Of a stretch of DNA of 64,000 bases, positions 19,188-27,682 are shown piece after piece. The stretch's first letter is position 1; each line of letters starts with the position of its first letter. This stretch comes from Hanamia sp. (lineage in GTDB: Bacteria > Bacteroidota > Bacteroidia > Chitinophagales > Chitinophagaceae), in NCBI GenBank assembly GCA_036509335.1, contig DATCFT010000023.1, positions 7,904-71,903 of the forward strand, read 5' to 3'. The position numbers and the translations under genes were made by a program. The notes under the pieces are model-generated. The model made no database searches, was not told the origin of the DNA, and saw only the letters and a list, made by a program, of their open reading frames with translations.

Positions 19188-20765
19188 TTATAAATTGCTT
19201 TCAAGGATAATTTTATCATTATTATCTGTTATGATTAAATAATAATTGTTCTTGGGCAACCAAATATTCTTATCAAAAATATTTCCTGAAGGTCGTTTGA
19301 TATATATTGGTATTGAATGATGATCTTGAAAATATTCATTTTTTAAAAATATTTCAATTATATATTTTCTATTTCCCACATTGTTGTACAGGATATGAAA
19401 TTTTTGAAAATGGTTTGAAGTATCACTGATTTCATACGGAATTATGTGCATATTATTTATTACATACACATTGCTTTGCTTTAAAAGTATTGAATCATTG
19501 ATTTGATCTTTTCGTAAGTAATAATAATTTTCATCACTTTCTGATGAATCCATTGGCACTTTTGTATTAAAAATATCGCAGTAAGAAGTTTGATTTATTG
19601 AATACGGATTTACATGGCTAAATTCTGAAAAGTATTTGGCCATTGTTGATGGTTCTGTATTGCCAAATCTTAATTTATTAATATGGCTGTAACCAGCATA
19701 GACGAGCCATTTGGCAGTTGTATCTTTTCGGTACTGATTATAGAGATTCAATGCTTGGTAATACTCCCTTTTATCTATAGGGGAATTAAATAAATTTTCT
19801 TCAAGATTGCTGGTAGTATCTTCATAAGCAATTAGTTTATAACCAATTTTAAGAGCTGTTCGCGCAAGGTTACCCATAAAAGGTTCCTTAATGTAAAAGC
19901 CATCATCACTTGTAGGAAATTTTCTTTTATTAATATTATTGGGATTTTTTAATGCTTCCATACAAAAATATTTATATCCTTCTTTATAAAGAGAATCAAG
20001 TAGCAGAGTTACAAAATAACGATGGCGCCAGTCGTAATGTGATTCATTAATCATCATTACTTTTTGGCTGCGTGCTTGCTTTAATATGTAAGGAGTTGCC
20101 AATTGGTTATTTACTATTACAGTATCAGAAGAACGATTCTTAATGCTATTTCCTTTAAAAGTGTGTTGCTCATAAAGTAACTGCTTTATTGTATCAACTT
20201 CATCAAAGGCTGCGTATTCAAAAAATAGATATTGATTTAAAAGATCAATATCAGCCTTGTCCCTATTTTCATTTTTTAATTTTAATAATGCGTTTAATGG
20301 AGTGGCATATCCCGGAAGAATGGCTGCAAGATTAACTGAATCCGAAAAATATTTTGTTGTCTTATTGTAAGGTTCGAAATTGGAAAGTGTTTTCAACGTC
20401 ATTAACTCTGCATGAGTATCTCTCTGTAATATATCCGAATCGTCTTTGAAATTATAAAGTATCTTTTTAAAACAATAGAATAAGAAATCTTTATTTTTTA
20501 AAGGAATCATATATTCTTTTAGAATAAAACTGTCTATTCTTTCTACACCATTTTTTTCATAGAAAACGGAATGATTTATTGATTCCATTTTCTGTAATGA
20601 ATTTTGTGGTAAGGACTTTTTACGAAGAAAACCAACATAATAAAATCCAAATTGTTTCCAGGGCGAATAAGAATAAAATAAGACTTTATACTTTCCGTTG
20701 TGTCTCAATTCTTTTTTAAAATAGCTTTTAATTCTTTTTGGTGTGTGCTTTTTATAATTTGGCAA
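19188..20765 (-). CDS. hypothetical protein, possibly of the ChaN/Tiki/erythromycin-esterase superfamily; probably a lipoprotein starting further upstream
   Basis: The central INESHYDWRHRYF...CMEAL...YAGYSHI pattern resembles the GExH...E...H arrangement of that superfamily. The frame stays open to 20984 and encodes a lipobox there (see findings). Confidence 0.5.
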   Translation of the reverse strand: MPNYKKHTPKRIKSYFKKELRHNGKYKVLFYSYSPWKQFGFYYVGFLRKKSLPQNSLQKMESINHSVFYEKNGVERIDSFILKEYMIPLKNKDFLFYCFKKILYNFKDDSDILQRDTHAELMTLKTLSNFEPYNKTTKYFSDSVNLAAILPGYATPLNALLKLKNENRDKADIDLLNQYLFFEYAAFDEVDTIKQLLYEQHTFKGNSIKNRSSDTVIVNNQLATPYILKQARSQKVMMINESHYDWRHRYFVTLLLDSLYKEGYKYFCMEALKNPNNINKRKFPTSDDGFYIKEPFMGNLARTALKIGYKLIAYEDTTSNLEENLFNSPIDKREYYQALNLYNQYRKDTTAKWLVYAGYSHINKLRFGNTEPSTMAKYFSEFSHVNPYSINQTSYCDIFNTKVPMDSSESDENYYYLRKDQINDSILLKQSNVYVINNMHIIPYEISDTSNHFQKFHILYNNVGNRKYIIEIFLKNEYFQDHHSIPIYIKRPSGNIFDKNIWLPKNNYYLIITDNNDKIILESNL

Positions 20766-20997
20766 TGGTGGATTTACCGGTCGATGTCCTCCAAAAAAAC
20801 GGACGTATAATCTTAGGCTGTCATTAAAATAATGGAGGAAATAACTTTGTTTAATCAGATTATCTTTTGAAAAAGAAGACTGCCTGGTTTCATTACAAGA
20901 AGTGATTGTCAGAATGATAAATAGTGTGCAATAAAAAAGATTTTCCGGTAAGGATTGTATGCATATTTTAAAACTTTTTGGGTGCTAAAAATTGCAT

Positions 20998-21957
20998 CTA
21001 TCTTTCCTCTTCAATAAGTATTTTATTATTTCTTGCATAAGTAGTTAATGAATCCAACCCCATTTTCCACCTTCTTTTTTCAATATTTTCCAAATCTCTG
21101 ATTGGTTTAAAAAGAAAATTCTTTTTTAAAGAATCATAATAATATTGGGTTCCATATTCTTGTTTTTTATTGGAGCGTACAAGATACCGGTCTAGAATTA
21201 ATGCGTAATCAGGCAAAAGAATAGCTTCTTCCTTATGTGCTTTTTGAATAAGATAAAAATTATCCATAAATGATTTTGCATCAAGATGTTGATATAAAAT
21301 AGCCAACGAACTATTTGCCTTGTAACCTATCTTTTTATAAGATAAAAATCCATACTGATTGAGAATTGAATCAACTAATATATGATTAATGGAATCAGTC
21401 TTTTGCGAAAGCAATTCATTTTCTGAACTCGGGTCTTTTTGATATTGCTTACGTGCATATTGGTCCTTTATGAAAAGGTTATTCAGTAATCTGGATAGAT
21501 CGAGAAATGATGTATCAGCTTTTTGACTTTGTAATAAATTATACACTTTTTTAAATTTCTTTTCTTTTTTTAAAGAGCTATAATAATTCCAGTTACTATT
21601 AATAATGTGCTTCACCAATTTTCCGGCATCCTGATTTTTATATTTTTTAAGCATCAACTCCATAAGTTCTACACTCCGTTTGTAATGACCACTAAAAGCT
21701 GCAGTTTGTGCAGCATAAAAAATATCATTAAGGGTTTCAGATTTTGTTTTTAATAACAAATTATAATATATGTATGATGATTGAAAATTTGAATTCCGAT
21801 AATTGGAGAATGCAGTATCCCTTAAACTATTTACTTGTCTATCAGAAATAATTTTATTGCCTCCTGAGCAGGAAAATAAAAAAAAACTTACTAATATGAA
21901 AATTGATATTAGTTGATAATTTTGAAATTTCCAGATGTAATAAAATCTGTTAATCAA
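20998..21957 (-). CDS. hypothetical lipoprotein, helical-repeat N-terminal half, DUF6624-like C-terminal half
   Basis: It has a lipobox (FLFSCSG). The C-terminal pattern KDQYARKQ...AILYQHLD...YALILDRYL...EYGTQYY is recalled from DUF6624-type proteins. TTG start 11 nt after the upstream stop. Confidence 0.5.
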   Translation of the reverse strand: MINRFYYIWKFQNYQLISIFILVSFFLFSCSGGNKIISDRQVNSLRDTAFSNYRNSNFQSSYIYYNLLLKTKSETLNDIFYAAQTAAFSGHYKRSVELMELMLKKYKNQDAGKLVKHIINSNWNYYSSLKKEKKFKKVYNLLQSQKADTSFLDLSRLLNNLFIKDQYARKQYQKDPSSENELLSQKTDSINHILVDSILNQYGFLSYKKIGYKANSSLAILYQHLDAKSFMDNFYLIQKAHKEEAILLPDYALILDRYLVRSNKKQEYGTQYYYDSLKKNFLFKPIRDLENIEKRRWKMGLDSLTTYARNNKILIEEER

Positions 21958-21968
21958 GATAATAAAAT

Positions 21969-24905
21969 TTACTCCGGCTCTCCTTTGATTGTAATTTTAT
22001 CATTTAATGCAAATGTTACTGGTTGAATTACGTAAGAATTTACTGATTGTCCATCTTCTTTTGCCGGAATCCAGTAAGGACCTTTTTTTATAGTATTTAA
22101 TGCAATTTCAGCTAATTGAGTTCCTTTCATAGTCGTAGCAATTACATCACTTACTTTGCCATCTTTGCTTACAATAAAACTAACTTTGCAGGTACCAAAA
22201 TTATTTTTATCAGCCATTAATTCACTGCCATTTTTATCAAAGACACGCGAAATATATTTTAACCAGGCAGATTGCCCGCCGGGAAAACTTGCAGGTTGTA
22301 GAAGTTTTAGTAAGATATTTTTATTGACTTTTACTATTGTGAGTGAAGTGAAATTTACCGGTTGCTCCGATTCAGCAGAAGATTTTTTTTCATCCGGATT
22401 GGTCAATGTAACCGGTTGCAATCTGTAAGACGCAACGGTGTGTCCATTTTGTGAAGCCGGAATCCATTTGGGGCCATTTTTAATAGCGTTCACCGAAGTT
22501 TTTGCAAGATGTGTTCCCTTCATGGTAGTAGCTTCTACATTACTTACTGAGCCATCTGTATTTACAATAAATTTTACAAGACAGGTTCCATAATCAGCTT
22601 CTGTAAAAGAATCAAGGCTTGCCTGGATTTTCTTTACAATGTATTTCTGCCAAGCGGTTGGACCGCCAGGAAATGAAGCTTCATTTTCTACTTTCATAAA
22701 AACTATCCTGGGAATAGAATCTTTTTGTGATTCAGGCAAATAGGTTTGTGTATGATTTATTTCTTTTTCTGTTTTTTTAGTTGTTATTTCAATTACTCCA
22801 TTTTTCCCTTTAGCACCATATTTCTTTTCAGCGCTATCACCTTTCAAAACATTTATGGATTGTATATTGTATGGAGGAATATTTTTCATTTTATCTTGCG
22901 AAACTTCTTTTCCATCAACGAATATTAGTCCATCATATGGAATTTTAGAATGAATGACAATGACCTTGCTTTTGTCAGTAGAATTATCTGAAATCGGGTT
23001 TGATGAAGAATTGTGGATATAACCTGTGTCTGCACTCATTGAAACACCGTCGTATTTATTTTTTGTAAATATTTCAATCACTCCATTTTTTCCTTTTTCT
23101 CCATATTTTTTTATGGCACTATCACCTTTTAGAATAGTAATACTTTTGATATTTTTGGGATCCAATTCTTTTAATTGTGGATTTGTAGAAATTTTCCCAT
23201 CAATTACATACAATGCATTTTTAGGAATAGAAACCGGCGGCGGTAGAGGTAATCTTAATCCATTTTTTAGGGCTTCCTTATTGGTGATAATTAAATGTGA
23301 ACCATCCGTAAATGTTAGCCTTACTTTTGATGTATCTCTCATTCCATTAATACTATCAATCTTTTTATTTTTATAAAAAATTGCAAAAGGAATTGAATCT
23401 TGTTTCCCTGTTGGTATTGAATCGGTGACTATGGGGGATTCTCCTTTGAAAGTATTTATTGAGGATGCGTATTTCTCAATCGCGTCCAACACATTTTCTG
23501 CGATTTTTTCCTGGTTAGCGCTGTTGCTGATAAATGCTGCGTCGTTTGAATTACTTAGAAAGCCACATTCTATAATTGCTGCAGGGCAAGCACTTGAGTC
23601 AATAACCAAAATACCTCTATTTCGTATTCCAATCTTATCTTCTGTTTTATAAGATTTTTTTAGCTCATCAATTATTGCTGAACTGAGGAGTACATTTTGA
23701 TCAGTAGTTTTTCTAATAGTTAAAACAGAAAATCCACTTAATTGTTTGTTTGCTGCTGCGTTTACATGAATAGAAATAAAAATATCTGCATTGTTATTTT
23801 TTGCAAATACCACTCTGTCTTTCACGGGAATAGTTTGATCATTATCTCTTGAAAGCACAATTTTTATGTGTGGATTTGAATTTAATTCAGCAATCTTTTT
23901 TGCAATTGCAAGCGTAATATCTTTTTCTTTTACTCCATCCGCTGAAACCGCGCCATTATCGGCCCCGCCATGCCCGGCATCTATTACAACTGTAATAGTT
24001 TTTCCATCATAAAGATTGGAAACTCTATTCTTTACTTTCAACGTAAAAGCAAAAAATACAATGGCTGCAAGCGGCAACACAAGCAATCTGCTTACATAAC
24101 TTACTCTTGGATTTTTATTTTTTGCGAGCATGATAATTCTTCTTTTTATTGGGGAATAAAAAAAATTATTTGTGAGGGAAAAGTTTTGTCCCGGATAAAC
24201 AGTTTGCAACACCATTTCAGCGAAAGCATTGATATCATTATCTTCCAGTGCTTCCTTATCCGCTACAAATTCATGGATCATGTTTAATTCCTTTCTCATC
24301 AGCCAAAAGAATGGATTGATCCAGAAAAATACCAAAACGATATTCATAAAAATTTTATCATAAGAATGTTTCTCTTTTATATGTGCTATTTCATGGTTAA
24401 AAATTTGTTGGCCGCTCCTTGAATGCAGGTCAATAGCATTGTTCCAAAAAATAGATTTGAAAAATGAAAAAGGAGTTCCCCTTGCATCGGTACTGATAAA
24501 GCTGACGTCCTCAATTTTTGTTTCGGGGTATTTTTTCTTTAATCTTTTAATTTTATACAATGAAATAAAAAGGATGCATAAAAAAATTACGGATATCAAA
24601 AGATAAACTGCTTCAGTTACATTTTCAGCAGTAATTTGGAAACCACTATTCCTGCTGTATTCTATCACTGCTTCGTCGCTATAGCTTATCGTTTGCAACA
24701 CCCGTACTACTGCTCCTTTATCTTCGCCATTTTGAAAAATATTAATTTTCATTATCGGAGCTAATAATGAAATTACTATGGCTGCAAGAATATAAAACCT
24801 GTTCCAGCGATGGAAGGCTTTATTGCGTAATGCCAAAAAATAATATCCACATAAAATTCCTGAACAGATAATTACTTTCAACAAATACCAGGATAGTGTT
24901 ATCAT
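21969..24905 (-). CDS. M56 (BlaR1/MecR1-like) membrane zinc protease fused to an N-acetylmuramoyl-L-alanine amidase domain, two plug-like repeats and two TonB C-terminal domains
   Basis: The 978-aa ORF has TM helices and HEIAH at residues 171-175. Amidase_3 signatures are present (VVIDAGHGG, KEKD, ISIHVNAA, ECGFLSN). The repeat ILKGDSAxKKYGxKGKNGVIEIxTK occurs twice. There are two ASFPGG...TonB_C-like modules. Confidence 0.85.
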   Translation of the reverse strand: MITLSWYLLKVIICSGILCGYYFLALRNKAFHRWNRFYILAAIVISLLAPIMKINIFQNGEDKGAVVRVLQTISYSDEAVIEYSRNSGFQITAENVTEAVYLLISVIFLCILFISLYKIKRLKKKYPETKIEDVSFISTDARGTPFSFFKSIFWNNAIDLHSRSGQQIFNHEIAHIKEKHSYDKIFMNIVLVFFWINPFFWLMRKELNMIHEFVADKEALEDNDINAFAEMVLQTVYPGQNFSLTNNFFYSPIKRRIIMLAKNKNPRVSYVSRLLVLPLAAIVFFAFTLKVKNRVSNLYDGKTITVVIDAGHGGADNGAVSADGVKEKDITLAIAKKIAELNSNPHIKIVLSRDNDQTIPVKDRVVFAKNNNADIFISIHVNAAANKQLSGFSVLTIRKTTDQNVLLSSAIIDELKKSYKTEDKIGIRNRGILVIDSSACPAAIIECGFLSNSNDAAFISNSANQEKIAENVLDAIEKYASSINTFKGESPIVTDSIPTGKQDSIPFAIFYKNKKIDSINGMRDTSKVRLTFTDGSHLIITNKEALKNGLRLPLPPPVSIPKNALYVIDGKISTNPQLKELDPKNIKSITILKGDSAIKKYGEKGKNGVIEIFTKNKYDGVSMSADTGYIHNSSSNPISDNSTDKSKVIVIHSKIPYDGLIFVDGKEVSQDKMKNIPPYNIQSINVLKGDSAEKKYGAKGKNGVIEITTKKTEKEINHTQTYLPESQKDSIPRIVFMKVENEASFPGGPTAWQKYIVKKIQASLDSFTEADYGTCLVKFIVNTDGSVSNVEATTMKGTHLAKTSVNAIKNGPKWIPASQNGHTVASYRLQPVTLTNPDEKKSSAESEQPVNFTSLTIVKVNKNILLKLLQPASFPGGQSAWLKYISRVFDKNGSELMADKNNFGTCKVSFIVSKDGKVSDVIATTMKGTQLAEIALNTIKKGPYWIPAKEDGQSVNSYVIQPVTFALNDKITIKGEPE

Positions 24906-24954
24906 AAAAAATGTTTTTAATTTTTAAATTGGGTTCGCCGCTCTGACCGCCTCA

Positions 24955-25033
24955 TTCTGACCGGTGAACCGTCAGAAGAGTGGCGTTGAAATGATGAATA
25001 AGTCAGACGGAGACCGTCAGACTTATTCATCAT
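24955..25033 (-). promoter_or_regulatory. two GC-rich stem-loops between the blaI-like gene and the M56 gene
   Basis: The first is ttctgaccgg tgaa ccgtcagaa (24955-24977). The second has 20-nt arms with one mismatch, atgatgaataagtcagacgg aga ccgtcagacttattcatcat (24991-25033), and overlaps the blaI stop codon. Confidence 0.6.
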
Positions 25034-25389
25034 TTCCCTTTTTTCAATTGTTTTAACAATATTTCCAATTCTTCAATACTGAGATTATTTTCTTTTACCA
25101 TTGAAGAAACAATATTGCTGAACGAACCTTCATAATATTTTTTTACCAAAGATTTTACCCTTCCTTTCGAATATACTTCCTTACTTACTAAGGTATAATA
25201 GCGGTGCATTCTTCCAAAAACCTCTATACCTACAAATTCCTTTTCTACTAAAATTTTTAAGATGGTAGCCACCGTATTTTGATGTGGCTTGGGATTAGGC
25301 ATCTCATTGGTGATGTCTTTTAAAAAGGATCCACCCAGTTTCCAGAGCACCTGCATTATTTCTTCTTCTGCTTTTGTTAATGTCTTCAT
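25030..25389 (-). CDS. BlaI/MecI/CopY-family transcriptional repressor
   Basis: The 119-aa winged-helix protein starts LTKAEEEIMQVLW and continues ...HQNTVATILKILVEKEFV. It lies immediately upstream of an M56 protease gene. Confidence 0.9.
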   Translation of the reverse strand: MKTLTKAEEEIMQVLWKLGGSFLKDITNEMPNPKPHQNTVATILKILVEKEFVGIEVFGRMHRYYTLVSKEVYSKGRVKSLVKKYYEGSFSNIVSSMVKENNLSIEELEILLKQLKKGK

Positions 25390-25414
25390 TTTATAAATTT
25401 TGATTTTCTAAAAA

Positions 25415-25448
25415 CAAATGTATAACGAAATATTTAGTTTACAAACTA
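25415..25448 (-). promoter_or_regulatory. blaI-operon promoter -7 box (TAcaTTTG, 25415-25422) and a 14-bp perfect palindrome TAGTTTACAAACTA (25435-25448) as candidate operator
   Basis: Both were read directly. The palindrome sits where the -33 element is expected. Confidence 0.45.
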
Positions 25449-25683
25449 TTTTATTAGTTTTAATTCATTTTTTTTTAAATGCCATCTTTTAGCTGTCAAA
25501 TTTGATATAAATGTTTGTTTACTGTAATCTTTACGGAGCGAGCTGGTAACTTGCCCGGGCATAAAATTATTTTTTTTTAACAGATGTATAAAAATTCTTT
25601 TATAAAAAATATAATTATACAAGTAACTTTACGCCCGAATAATAAAAACAATTAAAAAACCCGATAAACTAATTGAAACAACT

Positions 25684-26373
25684 ATGCCTGAAGCAATTGT
25701 AGAATTAAAGAATGCAAATATTTACCAGGGAGATTCTTTAATTCTCTCTGATGTGAATATTGCTGTGCATCGCGGAGTATTTGTGTATCTCGTGGGCAAA
25801 ACCGGTACCGGAAAATCGAGCTTGTTGAAAACATTGTATGGGGATCTCAATTTACGCGAAGGAGAAGGTACGGTAGTGGGTTACGATCTGCGTAAGCTGG
25901 ACTGGAGAAATATCCCTTATTTGAGAAGGCAGCTTGGTGTGGTTTTCCAGGATTTTCAATTACTTACGGATAGAAACGTGAATAACAATCTCAAATTTGT
26001 TTTAAAAGCTACGGGCTGGAAAGATGAGAAATTAATGGATGAAAAAATTGCCGATGTCCTGGATAAAGTAGGTTTAAAAACAAAAGGGTTTAAAATGCCT
26101 TTCGAATTAAGCGGCGGTGAACAACAGCGTATGGATATTGCCCGCGCTCTTTTGAATTCGCCCAAGCTCATTTTGGCTGATGAGCCCACAGGAAATCTGG
26201 ATCCCGAAACTTCTGATGAAATAATGCATTTACTGTTTAATATCAGCCGCGATTACGGAACTGCAGTTATCATGGCTACTCACGATTATATGGTGATCAA
26301 TAAATTTCCTGCAAGAACTATTAAAACTGAAAGAGGAAAAGTATTGGACAATGCGTCTATTTCTGTGGGGTAG
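25684..26373 (+). CDS. ftsE: cell-division ABC ATPase FtsE
   Basis: It has Walker A (GKTGTGKSS), the signature LSGGEQQR and Walker B ([12 protein letters not shown]), and the length and overall pattern of FtsE. Confidence 0.85.
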   Translation: MPEAIVELKNANIYQGDSLILSDVNIAVHRGVFVYLVGKTGTGKSSLLKTLYGDLNLREGEGTVVGYDLRKLDWRNIPYLRRQLGVVFQDFQLLTDRNVNNNLKFVLKATGWKDEKLMDEKIADVLDKVGLKTKGFKMPFELSGGEQQRMDIARALLNSPKLILADEPTGNLDPETSDEIMHLLFNISRDYGTAVIMATHDYMVINKFPARTIKTERGKVLDNASISVG

Positions 26374-26470
26374 ATTGGTTATTGAATGTTAAATTGTTGA
26401 ATGGTTAAATGGTTAAATGGTTGAATTTCTTAATTGTGGTTCACGATTCACGATTGCCCATTCACGATTC
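26374..26470. repeat. degenerate tandem word array (ATGGTTAA-type 8-mers followed by TTCACGA 7-mers) filling the whole ftsE / glycosyltransferase convergent gap
   Basis: It reads directly as attggtta ttgaatgtta aattgttga atggttaa atggttaa atggttga ... ttcacga ttcacga ttgccca ttcacga. Confidence 0.85.
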
Positions 26471-27560
26471 ACCTATTCATCATCTCCATCAATCGTTTTC
26501 CGTTTTTCTCATTATCATATAGCTTATTTAAAATTACTTTTCTTTTACTGATATCGTTTTCTGTAAATGGTATTTCAAATAATTTTTTAATTAGTTTTAT
26601 ATAATCCGCGGGCGATTCTGCAATGCTGCAAAGCGTTTCAAGGTCTGTTCCTTCCAGTGAAGCTTTATTGGTAATAATAAATCTTCCATTGAATAATGCA
26701 TTCAATAATTTTATTTTTATTCCGGTTGTATTAAAAGAAGGTAGTAAATGTATCTGCGCATTTTTTATTAATTCATCCATTTCCTTTTGAGAGGGATTGG
26801 CAATGATTTGTACATTTTTATTTTTTGGTGAATAATTTTTCAATGAAAAAGAAGGATTTTTCCCGGCTATTATAAAGGGAATATCCAATTGATTAAAAAT
26901 ATTTTCCAAAAGCCAAATTGCGGCTTTTTCATTTTCTGCAACCGATAAATTCCCATGATACAAACAAAAGTTTCCTTTGCCGGTTTCGGATTTTACTTCA
27001 TTAAAAGGTAAAAAGACCGGTAGAAATTCCACTTCCTTTCCTGAAAAAACTTTTTGATAGGTTATTTTATCTTTCTCATTTACTGCGATCAGTTTTGCTT
27101 TACTTGCAATTATATTTTCATACTTTTTTAATAACCTGCTTTCAAGTTTGAAATATATTTTTTTATAAAGATTATTAGCTGATTTTGCTAATTGCCGATA
27201 ATACTCATATTCAACATTATGCAGTCGTACCAATACTTTCCTGTTATTCAATTCGCCATGATATAAATAATAGGTGCAATGAATTCCTTCCAGCAAAACG
27301 GGATAATTATCTTTTAATATATTTTTTAGCAATTGAGGATTTATCCTTGAACTAACGATGTAAGGTAAACGCAACGGAATTCCCTGGACCATTTTCTCTC
27401 TTTGATAATAATTTACTTCTTCGCAATATTTATTAAGTTCAGGTTGTTCGCCACGGCCATATTCAAAACAATGCAAATGAATTTTTATACCCAATTGATG
27501 CAGCGCTTTTATTTTGTAAAAAAGATCAAATACTCCTCCATAATCAGGAGGGTAGGGCAC
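26469..27560 (-). CDS. glycosyltransferase (GT4/GT1-like); true start probably a few codons upstream at a non-canonical codon
   Basis: The N-terminus has the DVPYPPDYGG motif and the fold is typical GT-B. Upstream in-frame codons encode IHLHIVCLD with no ATG/GTG/TTG (see findings). Confidence 0.8.
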   Translation of the reverse strand: MPYPPDYGGVFDLFYKIKALHQLGIKIHLHCFEYGRGEQPELNKYCEEVNYYQREKMVQGIPLRLPYIVSSRINPQLLKNILKDNYPVLLEGIHCTYYLYHGELNNRKVLVRLHNVEYEYYRQLAKSANNLYKKIYFKLESRLLKKYENIIASKAKLIAVNEKDKITYQKVFSGKEVEFLPVFLPFNEVKSETGKGNFCLYHGNLSVAENEKAAIWLLENIFNQLDIPFIIAGKNPSFSLKNYSPKNKNVQIIANPSQKEMDELIKNAQIHLLPSFNTTGIKIKLLNALFNGRFIITNKASLEGTDLETLCSIAESPADYIKLIKKLFEIPFTENDISKRKVILNKLYDNEKNGKRLMEMMNR

Positions 27561-27584
27561 ATCAAGGCAGACAATATGGAGATG

Positions 27585-27648
27585 AATTGGGTTGATTGGT
27601 TATTTGGTTGATTGGTTATTTGGTTAATTGGTTATTTGGATAATTGAG
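27585..27648. repeat. octamer tandem array T(A/G)(A/T)TTGGT x8, including a perfect 16-bp duplication
   Basis: It reads directly as aattgggt tgattggt tatttggt tgattggt tatttggt taattggt tatttgga taattgag. Confidence 0.9.
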
Positions 27649-27682
27649 AATCTTCATTATTTGTTGGTTTGCTGTTATTGAC

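Noticed and set aside
18071-21957. Calling the RES-Xre pair plus the neighbouring hypothetical genes a mobile genomic island.
   Set aside because: No integrase, transposase, flanking direct repeats or tRNA are visible. The hypothetical genes look like the tail of the blaI-M56 operon rather than independent cargo.
25684-26373. ftsE without an adjacent ftsX as an anomaly.
   Set aside because: The convergent gap after ftsE is fully occupied by a repeat array, and the next gene is on the other strand. As far as I recall, separated ftsE and ftsX genes are common in Bacteroidota, so this is not evidence of loss.
26374-27650. The possibility that the tandem word arrays are CRISPR arrays.
   Set aside because: The units are only 7-8 nt long and contiguous, with no spacers. 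There are no repeats of 24-48 nt and no cas genes in the window.
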